Positions 19,133 through 29,499 of a stretch of 48,677 nucleotides of DNA are shown here, in pieces; the first letter of the stretch is position 1, and each line of letters opens with the position of its first letter. The DNA comes from Nitrospirota bacterium (GTDB lineage: Bacteria; Nitrospirota; UBA9217), in assembly GCA_963749655.1 (NCBI GenBank), contig CAVVOB010000034.1, positions 1 to 48,677 on the forward strand, in the 5' to 3' direction. The notes below the pieces were generated by a model that saw nothing but the letters and a program-made list of their open reading frames with translations, was not told where the DNA came from and searched no databases. The translations under genes were made by a program, and so were the position numbers.

Positions 19133-20009
19133 ATGTCAAGCTCGACATTTCTTGATAGAACGCTCCTGGCAGTCACGCGCGTGGCGGAGCAATCGCTGTT
19201 TTCCGAGCGGTTTGCGAACCGGCGCGGATTCCTGCAGTCCCTCGATATCAGGTTCCAGCTCGCGACTTTTGCGCTCATCCTCATCCTGATCAGCGTTCTT
19301 CATCAGCCCCGTTCGTTGTGGATGCTCTACGTGACATGCCTGGCGCTGGCGGCGTTGTCCCGGGTGCCGCTTTGGTTCTTTGTGAAGCGTGTCTGGTTAT
19401 TTGTACCCCTTTTTACCGCTGCCATTGTCCTGCCTGCCGTTTTGAACGTGGTGACTCCCGGGGAGCCTGTATGGGTGCTCTGTAAACTTTCCCGGAGCCA
19501 TACTTGGGGGCCCTATACGGTTCCCGCGGAAATCGCGGTCACGCGCCAGGGCCTCTGGGGAGCGATCATTTTCGTGTCCCGCGTCGCCGATTCGGTCTCC
19601 TTTGCCGTGCTGCTTACCCTGACGCGCCGGTGGGCGGACATCTTTGCGGGATTGCGCTCCCTGTTCGTTCCCCGCGTCTTTATCATGACGCTGAGCATGA
19701 CCGAACGGTATCTTTTCGTGTTCCTGCGATCTGATCCAGGACATGTACCGCGCCCGGAAGAGTAGGACGATCAGGGCCTTTTCCGCAGCCGTCGAGCGGA
19801 GCTGGATCGCGTCGCGCATCGGCGTGACGTTCAAGAAGTCCGTTGAGATGAGCAACGACGTATACCTCGCCATGCTTTCGCGCGGTTTTCACGGAGAGTA
19901 CAAGACCCTTGACCGCTTTCGCAGCCGCACCGTCGACTATCTCTGGCTGGCCGCGATCCTGGCCTGCGGCGGCCTGCTCGTCCTGGGTGAAAGGGGGATG
20001 CTCCGGTGA
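19133..20009 (+). CDS. nikQ: ECF transmembrane component NikQ/CbiQ (frameshift ~19730)
   Basis: GFLQSLDIRF, LLTLT, RYLFVF; second frame MYRARKSR...VYLAMLSRGF. Confidence 0.88.
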
Positions 20010-20824
20010 CCACTGCATTCAGTCTCGAGAATGTTTCCTATGCTTACCTGGACGGGTCGCCGGTGTTGAAGGACCTGACGTTGGACTTCATGACCGGTGA
20101 ACGGACCGTCATCCTTGGCGCAAACGGAACGGGCAAGTCGACTTTGCTTTCCCTGCTGGACGGGCTTGTCTTTCCCGATGGCGGGACGATCAAGGCCTTC
20201 GGAAAATTACTCTCTGAAGAGACACTGGAAGACCGTGACTGGTCGATGGACTTCAGAAAACGGGTGGCCTTTGTGTTCTCGAACCCGGATGTTCAGCTTT
20301 TTTCCGCCACCGTATGGGACGAGATCGCTTTCGGTCCGCTTCAGCTCGGACTTCCTGCTGCCGAGATCCGCGGCATCGTCGACCGGCAGCTCGAGTCCCT
20401 GCGCATCACGGAACTGCGCGACCGGCAGCCTCATACGCTGTCCGACGGCCAGAAAAAGAAAGTCGCCATCGCGTCGAGCCTTGCAACGGACCCCGAAGTC
20501 CTTCTTCTCGACGAGCCCACGAACGGACTCGATCCGCGCACCCAGGTCTGGCTCATCGAGATCCTCCACGGCCTCCATCAGCAGGGCAAGACGATCATTT
20601 CCGCGACCCATGACCTTTCCATAGCGGGAGATATCGCCGAACGCGCTCTGGTACTATCGGAGGAGCACACCATCGCCGCAGACAGCGACTTTGCCGATAT
20701 CATGAGGAACGATGAACTGCTTCTGCGGGTGAACCTTATCCATGAGCATGCCCATTACCACGGGCAGACCGCTCATGTTCATCGACACGGTCATTTCGGA
20801 CACATGCACGCAATCGGAGGGACA
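20006..20824 (+). CDS. nikO: ECF ATPase NikO/CbiO with His-rich tail (no stop; continues in frame into the next domain)
   Basis: Walker A GANGTGKS, signature LSDGQKK, LLLDEP, ATHD; tail HEHAHYHGQTAHVHRHGH. Confidence 0.9.
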
Positions 20825-21104
20825 ATGCACGAAAACCACAAACACGGCGCCGCTGCTCACGATCACGATCAGAGTCAGGGGACGGAGGACCTGCGCAAGC
20901 TGCTGGTCCTGCTCGATCACTGGATCGAACACGACGACAGCCACACCGAGAGCTATCGCGAATGGGCGGAGAAGGCGGACACGGCAGGGGAAAATGAGAT
21001 CTCCCGGGAGATCCATCTCGCCATCAGCGATGGCGAAGCAGTGAAAAGACCACCTGAAACGGGCAAAGGCGATCCTTGCCGCGAAGCTGGTGTTGAAAAA
21101 ATAA
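20825..21104 (+). CDS. Small His-rich helical putative metal-binding protein (own RBS, in frame with nikO; frameshift ~21045)
   Basis: GGAGG before ATG 20825; MHENHKH..HDHD..LRKLLVLLDHWIEHDDSHTESYREWAEKA; the corrected end is DHLKRAKAILAAKLVLKK*. Confidence 0.65.
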
Positions 21105-21110
21105 TACGAT

Positions 21111-21218
21111 AGTTTCAGTTTCAAGTTTCAGGTTTCAAGTCTAGGTTCAGGTCTTGTTCTTTCTGTAGCATTGAGTCTTCAACTTTGTCTTCAAACTTGA
21201 GACTTGAAACTTGAGACT
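21111..21218. repeat. Inverted arrays of heptamer repeats (AGTTTCA... / ...TGAAACT)
   Basis: Left arm agtttca-gtttca-agtttca-ggtttca; right arm tcaaact-tgagact-tgaaact-tgagact. Confidence 0.8.
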
Positions 21219-21246
21219 GTGATTATCATACAGCGAGGTAAATAGT

Positions 21247-21837
21247 ATGACCGAGTCGAACAATGACGATTTACGCGATGCAGTCCAGTTCCACGGCCAC
21301 TTATGCCCCGGGCTCGCCCTCGGCTTTCGCGTGGCGAAAGCGGCGCTCCGTGAGTTGAAGGCGGACCGGCCGCAGGACGAGGAGCTCGTGGCAGTGGTTG
21401 AGAACGACTCCTGCGCCGTTGATGCCATCCAGTTCATTACCGGCTGCACATTCGGAAAGGGGAACCTGATCTTTCGCGACTACGGCAAGCATGTCTACAC
21501 ATTTTACAACAGGCGCACCGGTCAGGGCGTACGCATATCAGAGGACTATCGCGGTTTCGACGCCGACCAGCGCTTTGTTGAGCTTAAAAAACGGGAAGAA
21601 GCGGGAGAGGACGTAGGCCGTGAACGGCATGGGTACATGATGGAAAAGGCAGCGGCGATTCTCCGGGCGGAAGAGAGTGATATCATGACGGTGACGCCGC
21701 TTACCGAACGTCCACCGCAGGAAGCCAGGATACGCGGCTCTGTCCGATGCTCCCTCTGTGGGGAAAAGCTGATGGAGTCCCGTGGACGGGTGAAGAAGGG
21801 AAACATTGTCTGCATTCCCTGCTTCGAGAAACCTTGA
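21247..21837 (+). CDS. FmdE-family protein with C-terminal C4 zinc finger
   Basis: FHGHLCPGLALG, VENDSCAVDAIQFITGCTFGKGNL, CSLCGE...CIPC. Confidence 0.9.
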   Translation: MTESNNDDLRDAVQFHGHLCPGLALGFRVAKAALRELKADRPQDEELVAVVENDSCAVDAIQFITGCTFGKGNLIFRDYGKHVYTFYNRRTGQGVRISEDYRGFDADQRFVELKKREEAGEDVGRERHGYMMEKAAAILRAEESDIMTVTPLTERPPQEARIRGSVRCSLCGEKLMESRGRVKKGNIVCIPCFEKP

Positions 21838-21842
21838 CATCC

Positions 21843-21869
21843 GGGAGCGGGGTTTTCTCCTGCTCTTTC
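21843..21869 (+). terminator. Possible terminator of the nickel operon
   Basis: GU-rich stem GGGAGCGGGG/TCCTGCTCTT just after the FmdE-like stop; weak T tail. Confidence 0.35.
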
Positions 21870-21983
21870 AGTGTATATAAGTACTACCGTACTGTTTCCT
21901 GCATTCGCCGGGAATCGTGTCTGCAACAGTGGCATTCTGCACGCTCGTTTCCCCTCGTTTATCACTGCTTCCTTACAATATTC

Positions 21984-22012
21984 TTGACAATAAACGCCAC
22001 TGAAGTTATTAT
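21984..22012 (+). promoter_or_regulatory. Sigma-70 promoter for the OmpA/MotB-rib operon
   Basis: TTGACA-N17-TATTAT. Confidence 0.65.
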
Positions 22013-22063
22013 AACCGGGCTCAATCCCGTGTTCTAAGGCGTTTCGATAACAAGGAGGCTTCA

Positions 22064-22810
22064 ATGAACAAACAGCTTGTATTTCCGGTATTTGCCTTAT
22101 TGTTGTTGAGCGGATGCGTATCGCAGGGAACGTTCGATGTGAAGTCCAAGGAAGCATCGGACTGCGTTGCGCAATCAGCCACTCTTTCCGCCCATGTCAA
22201 GGATCTCGCCGCACAGCGCGACAGCCTGACGCAGGAGAGGGACAAGCTCCAGAAGGAGAAGGATGCCGCCCTGAATGAGAGCGCAGCCCGCCAGGCGAAG
22301 ATCGACGAATTGACACAGAAGGCGGAGAAGGCGGAACAGCTCGAAAAGGCCACGCAGACCTATCAGGACCTGACCCGGAAGCTCGAGAAGGAGATCCAGG
22401 AAGGGCAGGTGCAGATCACGGAAATGAAGAACCGCCTGACGATGACCATGGTGGACAAGATCATATTCCCGTCGGGGAGCGCCGATATCAGCAAAGCCGG
22501 CAAGAAGGTCCTCGACAAGGTGGTCAGCATTCTGAAGGACATCAAGGACAAGCGCATTCAGGTTGAAGGGCACACGGACAACGTCAAGATCGTGAGCGAT
22601 CTCAAGAATACCTATCCAACGAACTGGGAGCTCTCGACCGCCCGGGCCACCGAGGTGGTGAGATATCTGCAGGAGCACGGCGGCATCGATCCTACGCTTC
22701 TTTCCGCGACCGGCTACGGTGAATTTCAGCCCGTGGCAACGAATGACACGGACGAAGGCAGGCACAAGAATCGCCGCATCGAGATCGTTCTGCTTCCGAT
22801 GTTGAAGTAA
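22064..22810 (+). CDS. OmpA/MotB-domain coiled-coil lipoprotein
   Basis: Lipobox LSGC, coiled coil, [31 protein letters not shown]. Confidence 0.88.
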   Translation: MNKQLVFPVFALLLLSGCVSQGTFDVKSKEASDCVAQSATLSAHVKDLAAQRDSLTQERDKLQKEKDAALNESAARQAKIDELTQKAEKAEQLEKATQTYQDLTRKLEKEIQEGQVQITEMKNRLTMTMVDKIIFPSGSADISKAGKKVLDKVVSILKDIKDKRIQVEGHTDNVKIVSDLKNTYPTNWELSTARATEVVRYLQEHGGIDPTLLSATGYGEFQPVATNDTDEGRHKNRRIEIVLLPMLK

Positions 22811-22842
22811 GAGATGTTGAGCAAGAAACAGTAAGGAACGGC

Positions 22843-23481
22843 ATGTTTACGGGCATCGTGGAAGAAATGGGGACGGTGAAGGATCTCCGGCGGGACGGGG
22901 GAGGCGCACGTCTCGTCATTTCTGCGGCCACGGTGCTGGGCGGGACGGTGTTGGGAGACAGCATCTGCGTCAACGGGGTCTGTCTGACCGTCGTCGAGAT
23001 GAGCCCCCAGGGATTTTCCGCTGATGTCGCCGTGGAAACCCTGAAGGTCACGAACCTCGGAGCGCTGAAGGCGGGCGCCCGGGTGAACCTGGAGCGCGCG
23101 CTCCAGCTGTCGGCGCGGATCGGCGGCCACCTGCTCAGCGGCCATGTGGACGGCGTGGGGCGCATCCGTGAAAAACGCGAAGAAGGCAACGGTTGGCGCA
23201 TCTTCATCGATGCGCCGGAAAACGTGCTGAGATATGTGATCCGCAAGGGCTCGATCGCCGTCGACGGCATCAGTCTGACGGTGGCGGACCTGGACCAGAA
23301 GGGGTTTTCCATCGCCATGATCCCCCATACGGCGAAGCTGACGACACTGGGATTCAAGGCTGCCGGCGACACCGTGAACCTGGAAGCGGATATCATCGGA
23401 AAGTATGTTGAGCGTCTCCTGTCCGGGCGAACGGAAGGGGGCGTGAGCCTGGAGTTGTTGAAAGAGACGGGATTTGCATAG
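22843..23481 (+). CDS. ribE: Riboflavin synthase (alpha chain)
   Basis: [43 protein letters not shown]. Confidence 0.96.
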   Translation: MFTGIVEEMGTVKDLRRDGGGARLVISAATVLGGTVLGDSICVNGVCLTVVEMSPQGFSADVAVETLKVTNLGALKAGARVNLERALQLSARIGGHLLSGHVDGVGRIREKREEGNGWRIFIDAPENVLRYVIRKGSIAVDGISLTVADLDQKGFSIAMIPHTAKLTTLGFKAAGDTVNLEADIIGKYVERLLSGRTEGGVSLELLKETGFA

Positions 23482-23572
23482 TAACCGGCAGATCAGGGGT
23501 CCGGGAAAAGCTGTTTTGTCCCCGCCCTTTGCTTCTTGACTGGTAGCCCTGCATCTTATAGAGGTGATGTAC

Positions 23573-24778
23573 ATGAAGTTCAATACAATTGAAGAAGCAC
23601 TCGACGATATCAAGGCCGGGAAAATGATCATTCTGGTCGATGATGAAGACCGCGAAAACGAGGGCGATCTCACCATGGCAGCCGAAAAGGTGACACCCGA
23701 AGCGATCAATTTCATGGCTACGCACGGCCGGGGCCTTATTTGTCTTTCCCTCACGCCGGAGCGCGTGGAGCATCTGCAGCTGCCGATGATGACCACGGAC
23801 AACACGTCATCGTTCGGTACGGCATTTACGATTTCCATCGAAGCCAAGAAGGGCGTGACGACCGGCATTTCGGCCGCTGACCGCGCGAAAACGATCAAGA
23901 CCGCCATTGATCCGAAATCGGGTCCCGAGGATCTTGCCCGTCCCGGTCATGTGTTTCCCCTCCGCTCGAAGCCGGGAGGGGTGCTGCAGCGGACGGGTCA
24001 GACCGAGGGATCGGTGGATCTGTCGCGGCTCGCCGGTCTCTATCCGGCAGGCGTCATCTGCGAGATCATGAACGCAGACGGCACGATGTCCAGGGTCCCG
24101 CAGCTTACCGAATTTGCCAAAAAGCACGATCTGAAGATCGTGACCGTCAAGGATCTTATTGCCTACCGCGTCAAGAAGGAATCCCTTGTTCGCCGTGTGG
24201 CGGTCACCAAGCTTCCGACATCGCACGGCAACGAGTTTACCGCGATCCTCTATGCGAACGACATCGACCGGCAGAGCCACATCGCCCTGGTGAAGGGCGA
24301 GATCAAGGAGGACGATGAAGTCATGGTCCGCGTCCACTCCGAGTGCCTGACCGGCGACGTGTTCGGATCGATGCGCTGCGACTGCGGCGAACAGCTCCAC
24401 AACGCAATGCAGATGATCGACAAGGAGGGCAAGGGCGTAATTCTCTATATGCGCCAGGAAGGGCGCGGCATCGGCATCGAGGGCAAGCTTAAGGCTTATG
24501 AGCTCCAGGACAAGGGCAAGGACACGGTTGAGGCAAATCTTGCGTTGGGATACAAGGCGGACCTCAGGGACTACGGCGTAGGCGCCCAGATCCTTCGGGA
24601 CCTCGGCGTCCGCAAGCTCAGGCTGTTGACCAACAATCCGAAGAAGATCGTCGGACTCGAAGGCTACGGCCTCACCGTGGTATCGCGCATACCGATCGAG
24701 ATGCAACCCCATACCAAGAACATCCACTATCTGAAGGTCAAAAAGAGCAAACTCGGCCACATGCTGGAGAAAGTGTAA
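23573..24778 (+). CDS. ribBA: Bifunctional DHBP synthase / GTP cyclohydrolase II
   Basis: [52 protein letters not shown]. Confidence 0.97.
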   Translation: MKFNTIEEALDDIKAGKMIILVDDEDRENEGDLTMAAEKVTPEAINFMATHGRGLICLSLTPERVEHLQLPMMTTDNTSSFGTAFTISIEAKKGVTTGISAADRAKTIKTAIDPKSGPEDLARPGHVFPLRSKPGGVLQRTGQTEGSVDLSRLAGLYPAGVICEIMNADGTMSRVPQLTEFAKKHDLKIVTVKDLIAYRVKKESLVRRVAVTKLPTSHGNEFTAILYANDIDRQSHIALVKGEIKEDDEVMVRVHSECLTGDVFGSMRCDCGEQLHNAMQMIDKEGKGVILYMRQEGRGIGIEGKLKAYELQDKGKDTVEANLALGYKADLRDYGVGAQILRDLGVRKLRLLTNNPKKIVGLEGYGLTVVSRIPIEMQPHTKNIHYLKVKKSKLGHMLEKV

Positions 24779-24783
24779 GACAA

Positions 24784-24853
24784 TTGCGGATCTCGAATTG
24801 CGGATTGCGGATTGAATAATCAAATTCGAAATCCGCATTCCGAAATTCGAAAT
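24784..24853. repeat. Inverted heptamer arrays (TTGCGGA... / ...TCCGCA, TTCGAAA)
   Basis: ttgcgga-tctcgaa-ttgcgga-ttgcgga-ttga, then tcaa-attcgaa-atccgca-ttccgaa-attcgaa. Confidence 0.8.
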
Positions 24854-24867
24854 GTGCGGAGGAAATG

Positions 24868-25335
24868 ATGGCGAAAATAATCCAGGGTGACCTGAGCGGC
24901 AAGGGCCTGAAATTCGGTATCGTGGCTGCCCGGTTCAATGATTTTATTACGAGCAGGCTGGTTGACGGCGCTCTCGATGGTCTGCAGCGGCACGGTGTCG
25001 CCGAGCAAGACATCGAAATCCTGAAGGTTCCCGGCTCCTATGAAATCCCTCTGGCCGCGAAAATGATGGCGCAGGCGAAGAAGTATCATGCCGTCATCTG
25101 CCTCGGCGCGGTGATCCGCGGAGCAACGCCGCACTTTGAGTATGTGAGCGCCGAGGTGAGCAAAGGGGTGGCTTCCGTATCCATGGAAACGGGAGTGCCG
25201 GTCATCTTCGGCGTTTTGACGACGGATACGATCGAGCAGGCGATTGAACGGGCCGGAACGAAAAGCGGCAACAAAGGGTGGGATGCGGCGCTTTCCGCCA
25301 TCGAGATGGCGAACGTCATAAAACAGATGGCTTAG
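24868..25335 (+). CDS. ribH: 6,7-dimethyl-8-ribityllumazine synthase
   Basis: [37 protein letters not shown]. Confidence 0.97.
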   Translation: MAKIIQGDLSGKGLKFGIVAARFNDFITSRLVDGALDGLQRHGVAEQDIEILKVPGSYEIPLAAKMMAQAKKYHAVICLGAVIRGATPHFEYVSAEVSKGVASVSMETGVPVIFGVLTTDTIEQAIERAGTKSGNKGWDAALSAIEMANVIKQMA

Positions 25336-25378
25336 CGGCTGGTGCGCGGGCAGGACCGCGGTCGGATGATAAGAGAGT

Positions 25379-25810
25379 ATGAAAAGACGCAAGGCCAGAG
25401 AGCACGCGCTTCAAATATTGTTCCAGCTCGACATCAGAAAAGACAAGCCATCGGCTACCGTTCTGAAGCATTTCTGGGCGGAATATGACCCCGACGACGA
25501 AGTAAAAGCCTTCGCCGAAGAGATCGTCAAGGGAACATTCAAGCACCTCGCCAAGATCAACGATCTCATCCATCAGTGCGCCAAAAACTGGACCCTGGAC
25601 CGCATGGCCGTGGTCGATCGAAATGTCCTCAGGATGGCTATTTACGAAATCCTCTACCGGATGGACATCCCCACCAGTGTTACCATCAATGAAGCCATCG
25701 AAATTGCGAAAAAATTCGGAACCGACGAGTCCGGCGCCTTTGTGAACGGGATCCTGGACCGCGTTGCCCGGCTGACGGGGAAACTGGAAGAAGGCAGGAT
25801 CGAGGAATAG
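25379..25810 (+). CDS. nusB: Transcription antitermination factor NusB
   Basis: RRKAREHALQILF, DRNVLR, INEAIEIAKKFG, FVNGILD. Confidence 0.96.
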   Translation: MKRRKAREHALQILFQLDIRKDKPSATVLKHFWAEYDPDDEVKAFAEEIVKGTFKHLAKINDLIHQCAKNWTLDRMAVVDRNVLRMAIYEILYRMDIPTSVTINEAIEIAKKFGTDESGAFVNGILDRVARLTGKLEEGRIEE

Positions 25811-25816
25811 AGAGGG

Positions 25817-26332
25817 ATGCCCGAAGTGACGGTGAAAGTCATGCTCCAGGACATTACACGAGTGGAAACCGATGCCCTGGTCGTAGGTTTTTTCGAAGAC
25901 GTGAGGCCGTTGAAAGGCCTGGCAGGCCAGCTCGATTGGCTGCTGTGCGGAACCCTGTCCCGGCTCCTGATCGAGAAAAAGTTGAAGGGGTCCATGGGAG
26001 AGGTGGCGCTGCTTACGTCGCAGGGGAAGCTTCCGGCAGCGAAAATTTTCCTCGTAGGTCTCGGCACCCGCGCGGGGTTTTCCGTATCCGTGCTGCGGAG
26101 CGCTGCCAGGACAGCCGCAGCCAGCGTGGCGGGCGCCGGTGTGGCGCGTGCGGCCATGGAGTATTTTCATCCCCACGATGCCCCTGATGATGGCGGTCTT
26201 CCTGCGCTTCGGGACGGGCTTGCGGAAGGCGCAGGTGGGCGCGGTCTCATTGTCTCGCTGCTTGCGCAGGACTCCGCAGCATATGAAAGCCTGACGCGGC
26301 ACCTGGCATTGCCGTCGAACATCGGCAGCTAG
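25817..26332 (+). CDS. Stand-alone peptidase M17 N-terminal (macro-like) domain protein
   Basis: DALVVGFFEDVRPLKGLAGQLDWLLCG...KIFLVGLG; no catalytic M17 domain. Confidence 0.7.
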   Translation: MPEVTVKVMLQDITRVETDALVVGFFEDVRPLKGLAGQLDWLLCGTLSRLLIEKKLKGSMGEVALLTSQGKLPAAKIFLVGLGTRAGFSVSVLRSAARTAAASVAGAGVARAAMEYFHPHDAPDDGGLPALRDGLAEGAGGRGLIVSLLAQDSAAYESLTRHLALPSNIGS

Positions 26333-26445
26333 ACCACCGCAAGGGAGACGGTGACCGGCGTAAAGACAGAACGATTCCGGCCTGTATAGCCCGCTGCCTT
26401 GCGCGGCGGGGAGCCGGATTTTAATCCAACCCGCAGGAGAAACGA

Positions 26446-27750
26446 ATGATCGCTCGCTACAGCAGGCCTGAGATGAAAGGCCTTTGGGAACCCGAGAACA
26501 GGTACCGCGCATGGCTCGACGTCGAGCTCCTTGCCTGCGAAGCGAACGCGAAGCTGGGACTGATCCCGGCCAGGTCGCTGGCGACGATCAAAAAGAGGGC
26601 TGGCTTCAAGATCCACCGGATCGACGCGCTCGAAAAGATCGTGAAGCATGATGTGATCGCTTTTTTGACGGCAGTGGGAGAGCAGGTCGGGCCGGATTCC
26701 CGCTACATCCATCTGGGGCTTACTTCCTCCGATGTTCTCGACACGTCCCTGGCCTCGCTCATGCGTCGGGCTTCGGACCTCATCATCCAGGATATCCGCA
26801 CCGTCCTCTCCACCCTGAAGCGGAAGGCGATGCAGCATAAAAAGACCGTCATGATCGGCCGGTCCCACGGCGTTCATGCCGAGCCCGTAACCTTCGGCCT
26901 CAAGATGGCCCTCTGGCACGAGGAGATGAGCAGGGCGCTCGACCGAATGATCCGGGCGCGTGACGTCATCAGCGTGGGCAAGGTTTCGGGGGCGGTCGGA
27001 ACCTTCGCAAACATCGATCCCTTTGTCGAATCCTACGTCTGCCGCAAGTTGGGGCTCATGCCCGAGCCGGCGGCGACCCAGGTCGTACAGCGCGACCGCC
27101 ATGCCGAATTCCTGACGGCCCTGGCCCTGATAGCCTCTTCGATCGAGAAGTTTTCCGTCGAACTGCGTCACCTGCAGCGCACCGAAGTGCTCGAGGCTGA
27201 GGAGTTCTTCTCCGAGGGCCAGAAGGGTTCGTCGGCCATGCCGCACAAGCGAAATCCCATCTCCGCCGAGAATCTTTCCGGGCTGGCTCGCGTCGTTCGG
27301 TCGAATGCCTTTGCCGCCCTGGAGAATGTGGCGCTCTGGCATGAGCGGGACATCAGCCACTCGTCGGTGGAGCGCATCATCATCCCCGACAGCACCATCC
27401 TGATCGACTACATGCTGGCGCGGTTCAACAGCCTCGTGGACAAATTGTTCGTCTATCCAAAGAATATGAAGAGGAACATGGAATTGTCAAAGGGGCTCTT
27501 CCACTCCGAAACGGTCATGCTCGCGCTGGTACGGAAAGGGCTGACCCGCGAACAAGCCTACTCTTACGTCCAGAGAAACGCCATGAGCGTGTGGAAAGAG
27601 GGCGGGGACTTTGAAGACCGCCTCCGGAACGACCGGGATATCCGCAAGTATCTGAGCGTCACGGAGATCAAGGACTGCTTTGATCTTTCGCATACCTTGA
27701 AGAAGATAGATTTCATATTCAAGCGCGTTTTTGCGAAGAAGAAGGTATAA
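26446..27750 (+). CDS. purB: Adenylosuccinate lyase
   Basis: [49 protein letters not shown]. Confidence 0.97.
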   Translation: MIARYSRPEMKGLWEPENRYRAWLDVELLACEANAKLGLIPARSLATIKKRAGFKIHRIDALEKIVKHDVIAFLTAVGEQVGPDSRYIHLGLTSSDVLDTSLASLMRRASDLIIQDIRTVLSTLKRKAMQHKKTVMIGRSHGVHAEPVTFGLKMALWHEEMSRALDRMIRARDVISVGKVSGAVGTFANIDPFVESYVCRKLGLMPEPAATQVVQRDRHAEFLTALALIASSIEKFSVELRHLQRTEVLEAEEFFSEGQKGSSAMPHKRNPISAENLSGLARVVRSNAFAALENVALWHERDISHSSVERIIIPDSTILIDYMLARFNSLVDKLFVYPKNMKRNMELSKGLFHSETVMLALVRKGLTREQAYSYVQRNAMSVWKEGGDFEDRLRNDRDIRKYLSVTEIKDCFDLSHTLKKIDFIFKRVFAKKKV

Positions 27751-27755
27751 GGCTT

Positions 27756-29153
27756 ATGTTCGACAAGATTCATGAGGAATGCGGCGTGTTCGGGATCTTC
27801 GGCCATCCCGATGCCGCGAACCTTACCTATCTCGGATTGTATGCGTTGCAGCACCGCGGACAGGAGTCCGCCGGCATCGTGTCGTCCGACGGGAAACAGC
27901 TCTATGGGCAAAAAGCAATGGGGCTTGTAGCGGACATCTTCGATGAAGAGAGGATCAAAAAGCTCCCCGGTCAAATGGCCATCGGCCACAACCGCTATTC
28001 TACCGCAGGGGGCAGCATCGCGATCAACATCCAGCCGATCCTGGTGAACTTCGCCCTTGGCGGTCTTGCAATAGCCCACAACGGCAACCTTGTGAACGCC
28101 GGGATCCTCAAGGATGAACTCGAGGCATACGGGTCCATTTTCCAGTCAACGATGGACAGCGAGGTAATCGTCCATCTCATCGCCCAGTCGCGTATGGCGA
28201 CGCTGCATGAGCGGATCGTGGACGCGCTGAGCCATGTGCAGGGGTCCTACAGCCTCCTCATCATCACCGAGGAGGAACTCATTGCGGTGCGCGATCCCCA
28301 CGGCTTTCGGCCGCTCTCCCTGGCCGAGCTGGACGGCGGCTACGTGGTGGCGTCGGAGACCTGCGCATTCGATCTGATCGAAGCGACCTATATCCGGGAC
28401 GTTGCACCGGGAGAAATGGTCGTGATCAGCAACAAGGGCATCACCTCGTCATTTCCCTTCAAGGCGGCGGATCCTTCTCATTGCATCTTTGAGTTTATTT
28501 ATTTCGCGCGTCCGGACAGCATGGTCTTCGGCCAGAACGTCTATACGATCCGGAAAAATTTCGGCAGGCAGCTCGCGCGGGAGACCATGATCGACGCCGA
28601 TGTGGTGATCCCCGTTCCCGATTCCGGCGTCCCGGCTGCCCTGGGCTATGCCGAAGAGGCGGGGATTCCCTTTGATACGGGATTGATCAGGAACCACTAT
28701 GTAGGCCGCACCTTCATCGAACCGCGCCAGAGCATCAGGCACTTCGGGGTCAAGATCAAATTGAACCCGGTCAAGGATGCGCTCAAGGGAAAGCGAGTCG
28801 TCGTCGTGGACGATTCCATCGTTCGAGGCACAACGAGCAAGAAGATCATCAAAATGATCAGGAGCGCAGGCGCGTCGGAGATCCACATGCGGATCAGCTC
28901 TCCGCCGACTTCCTATCCCTGCTTTTACGGGATGGACTTTCCGACACGGCAGGAACTGATCGCGTCGACGCACAGCATCGAGGAAATCAGGAAATACATC
29001 ACCGCAGATACCCTGGGTTATATCAGCCTGGACGGCATCCAGAAGATTGTGCCTCACCGTATGAACTACTGTTCTGCCTGCTTTGACGGCGAGTACCCCG
29101 TGCCGTTCCCCGGCGAAAAAATGCTGCAGCTGGGATTGTTCGATAAAGAATGA
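27756..29153 (+). CDS. purF: Amidophosphoribosyltransferase
   Basis: [47 protein letters not shown]. Confidence 0.97.
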   Translation: MFDKIHEECGVFGIFGHPDAANLTYLGLYALQHRGQESAGIVSSDGKQLYGQKAMGLVADIFDEERIKKLPGQMAIGHNRYSTAGGSIAINIQPILVNFALGGLAIAHNGNLVNAGILKDELEAYGSIFQSTMDSEVIVHLIAQSRMATLHERIVDALSHVQGSYSLLIITEEELIAVRDPHGFRPLSLAELDGGYVVASETCAFDLIEATYIRDVAPGEMVVISNKGITSSFPFKAADPSHCIFEFIYFARPDSMVFGQNVYTIRKNFGRQLARETMIDADVVIPVPDSGVPAALGYAEEAGIPFDTGLIRNHYVGRTFIEPRQSIRHFGVKIKLNPVKDALKGKRVVVVDDSIVRGTTSKKIIKMIRSAGASEIHMRISSPPTSYPCFYGMDFPTRQELIASTHSIEEIRKYITADTLGYISLDGIQKIVPHRMNYCSACFDGEYPVPFPGEKMLQLGLFDKE

Positions 29154-29157
29154 TCCA

Positions 29158-29208
29158 ATGCGGATTCCCCGATCAGATCGGGACAGGTCTTCATGCGGAA
29201 TGCGGAAT
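29158..29208 (+). repeat. Composite repeat: heptamer-CCCGAnnnnnTCGGGACAGG-CATGCGGAATGCGGAAT
   Basis: Closely similar to 46779-46829 inside queC. Confidence 0.75.
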
Positions 29209-29292
29209 ATAAAACCGCAATTCACGCAACATCGCGAAGCCCCCTGTCATTTATGCATCGCCAAATGTAATTGCAAGTCAGGAAAGGAAAAA

Positions 29293-29368
29293 TGGTGCCG
29301 AGGCGCAGAATCGAACTGCGGACACGAGGCTTTTCAGGCCTCTGCTCTACCAACTGAGCTACCTCGGC
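29293..29368 (-). tRNA. tRNA-Phe (GAA)
   Basis: GCCGAGGTAGCTCAGTTGGTAGAGCA-GAGGC CT GAA AA GCCTC-GTGTCCGCAGTTCGATTCTGCGCCTCGGCACCA; 76 nt with encoded CCA. Confidence 0.97.
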
Positions 29369-29499
29369 ATAAGGCAGCACTCATCAAAGCAGGACGTTAA
29401 AATAACAGAGTGAGGGGTTGATTGTCAAGCGATTTTTGATTGTCAACGACGAAACTATGGCCTTCGTAACGGAGGCCGATTGGTCAGGAGCACAACCCG

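Noticed and set aside
21111-24853. Heptamer arrays as CRISPR repeats
   Set aside because: The units are 7 bp with no unique spacers, and there are no cas genes.
26345-26445. ZTP (pfl) riboswitch upstream of purB (GTGACCGGCG...GGGGAG)
   Set aside because: P1 pairing is only about 3 bp and the 3' CGCCTGGGC hairpin needed for the pseudoknot is absent. An Infernal search would settle it.
29293-29368. tRNA-Phe as an island integration site
   Set aside because: No integrase and no duplicated tRNA 3' end were seen; the flanks are core genes.
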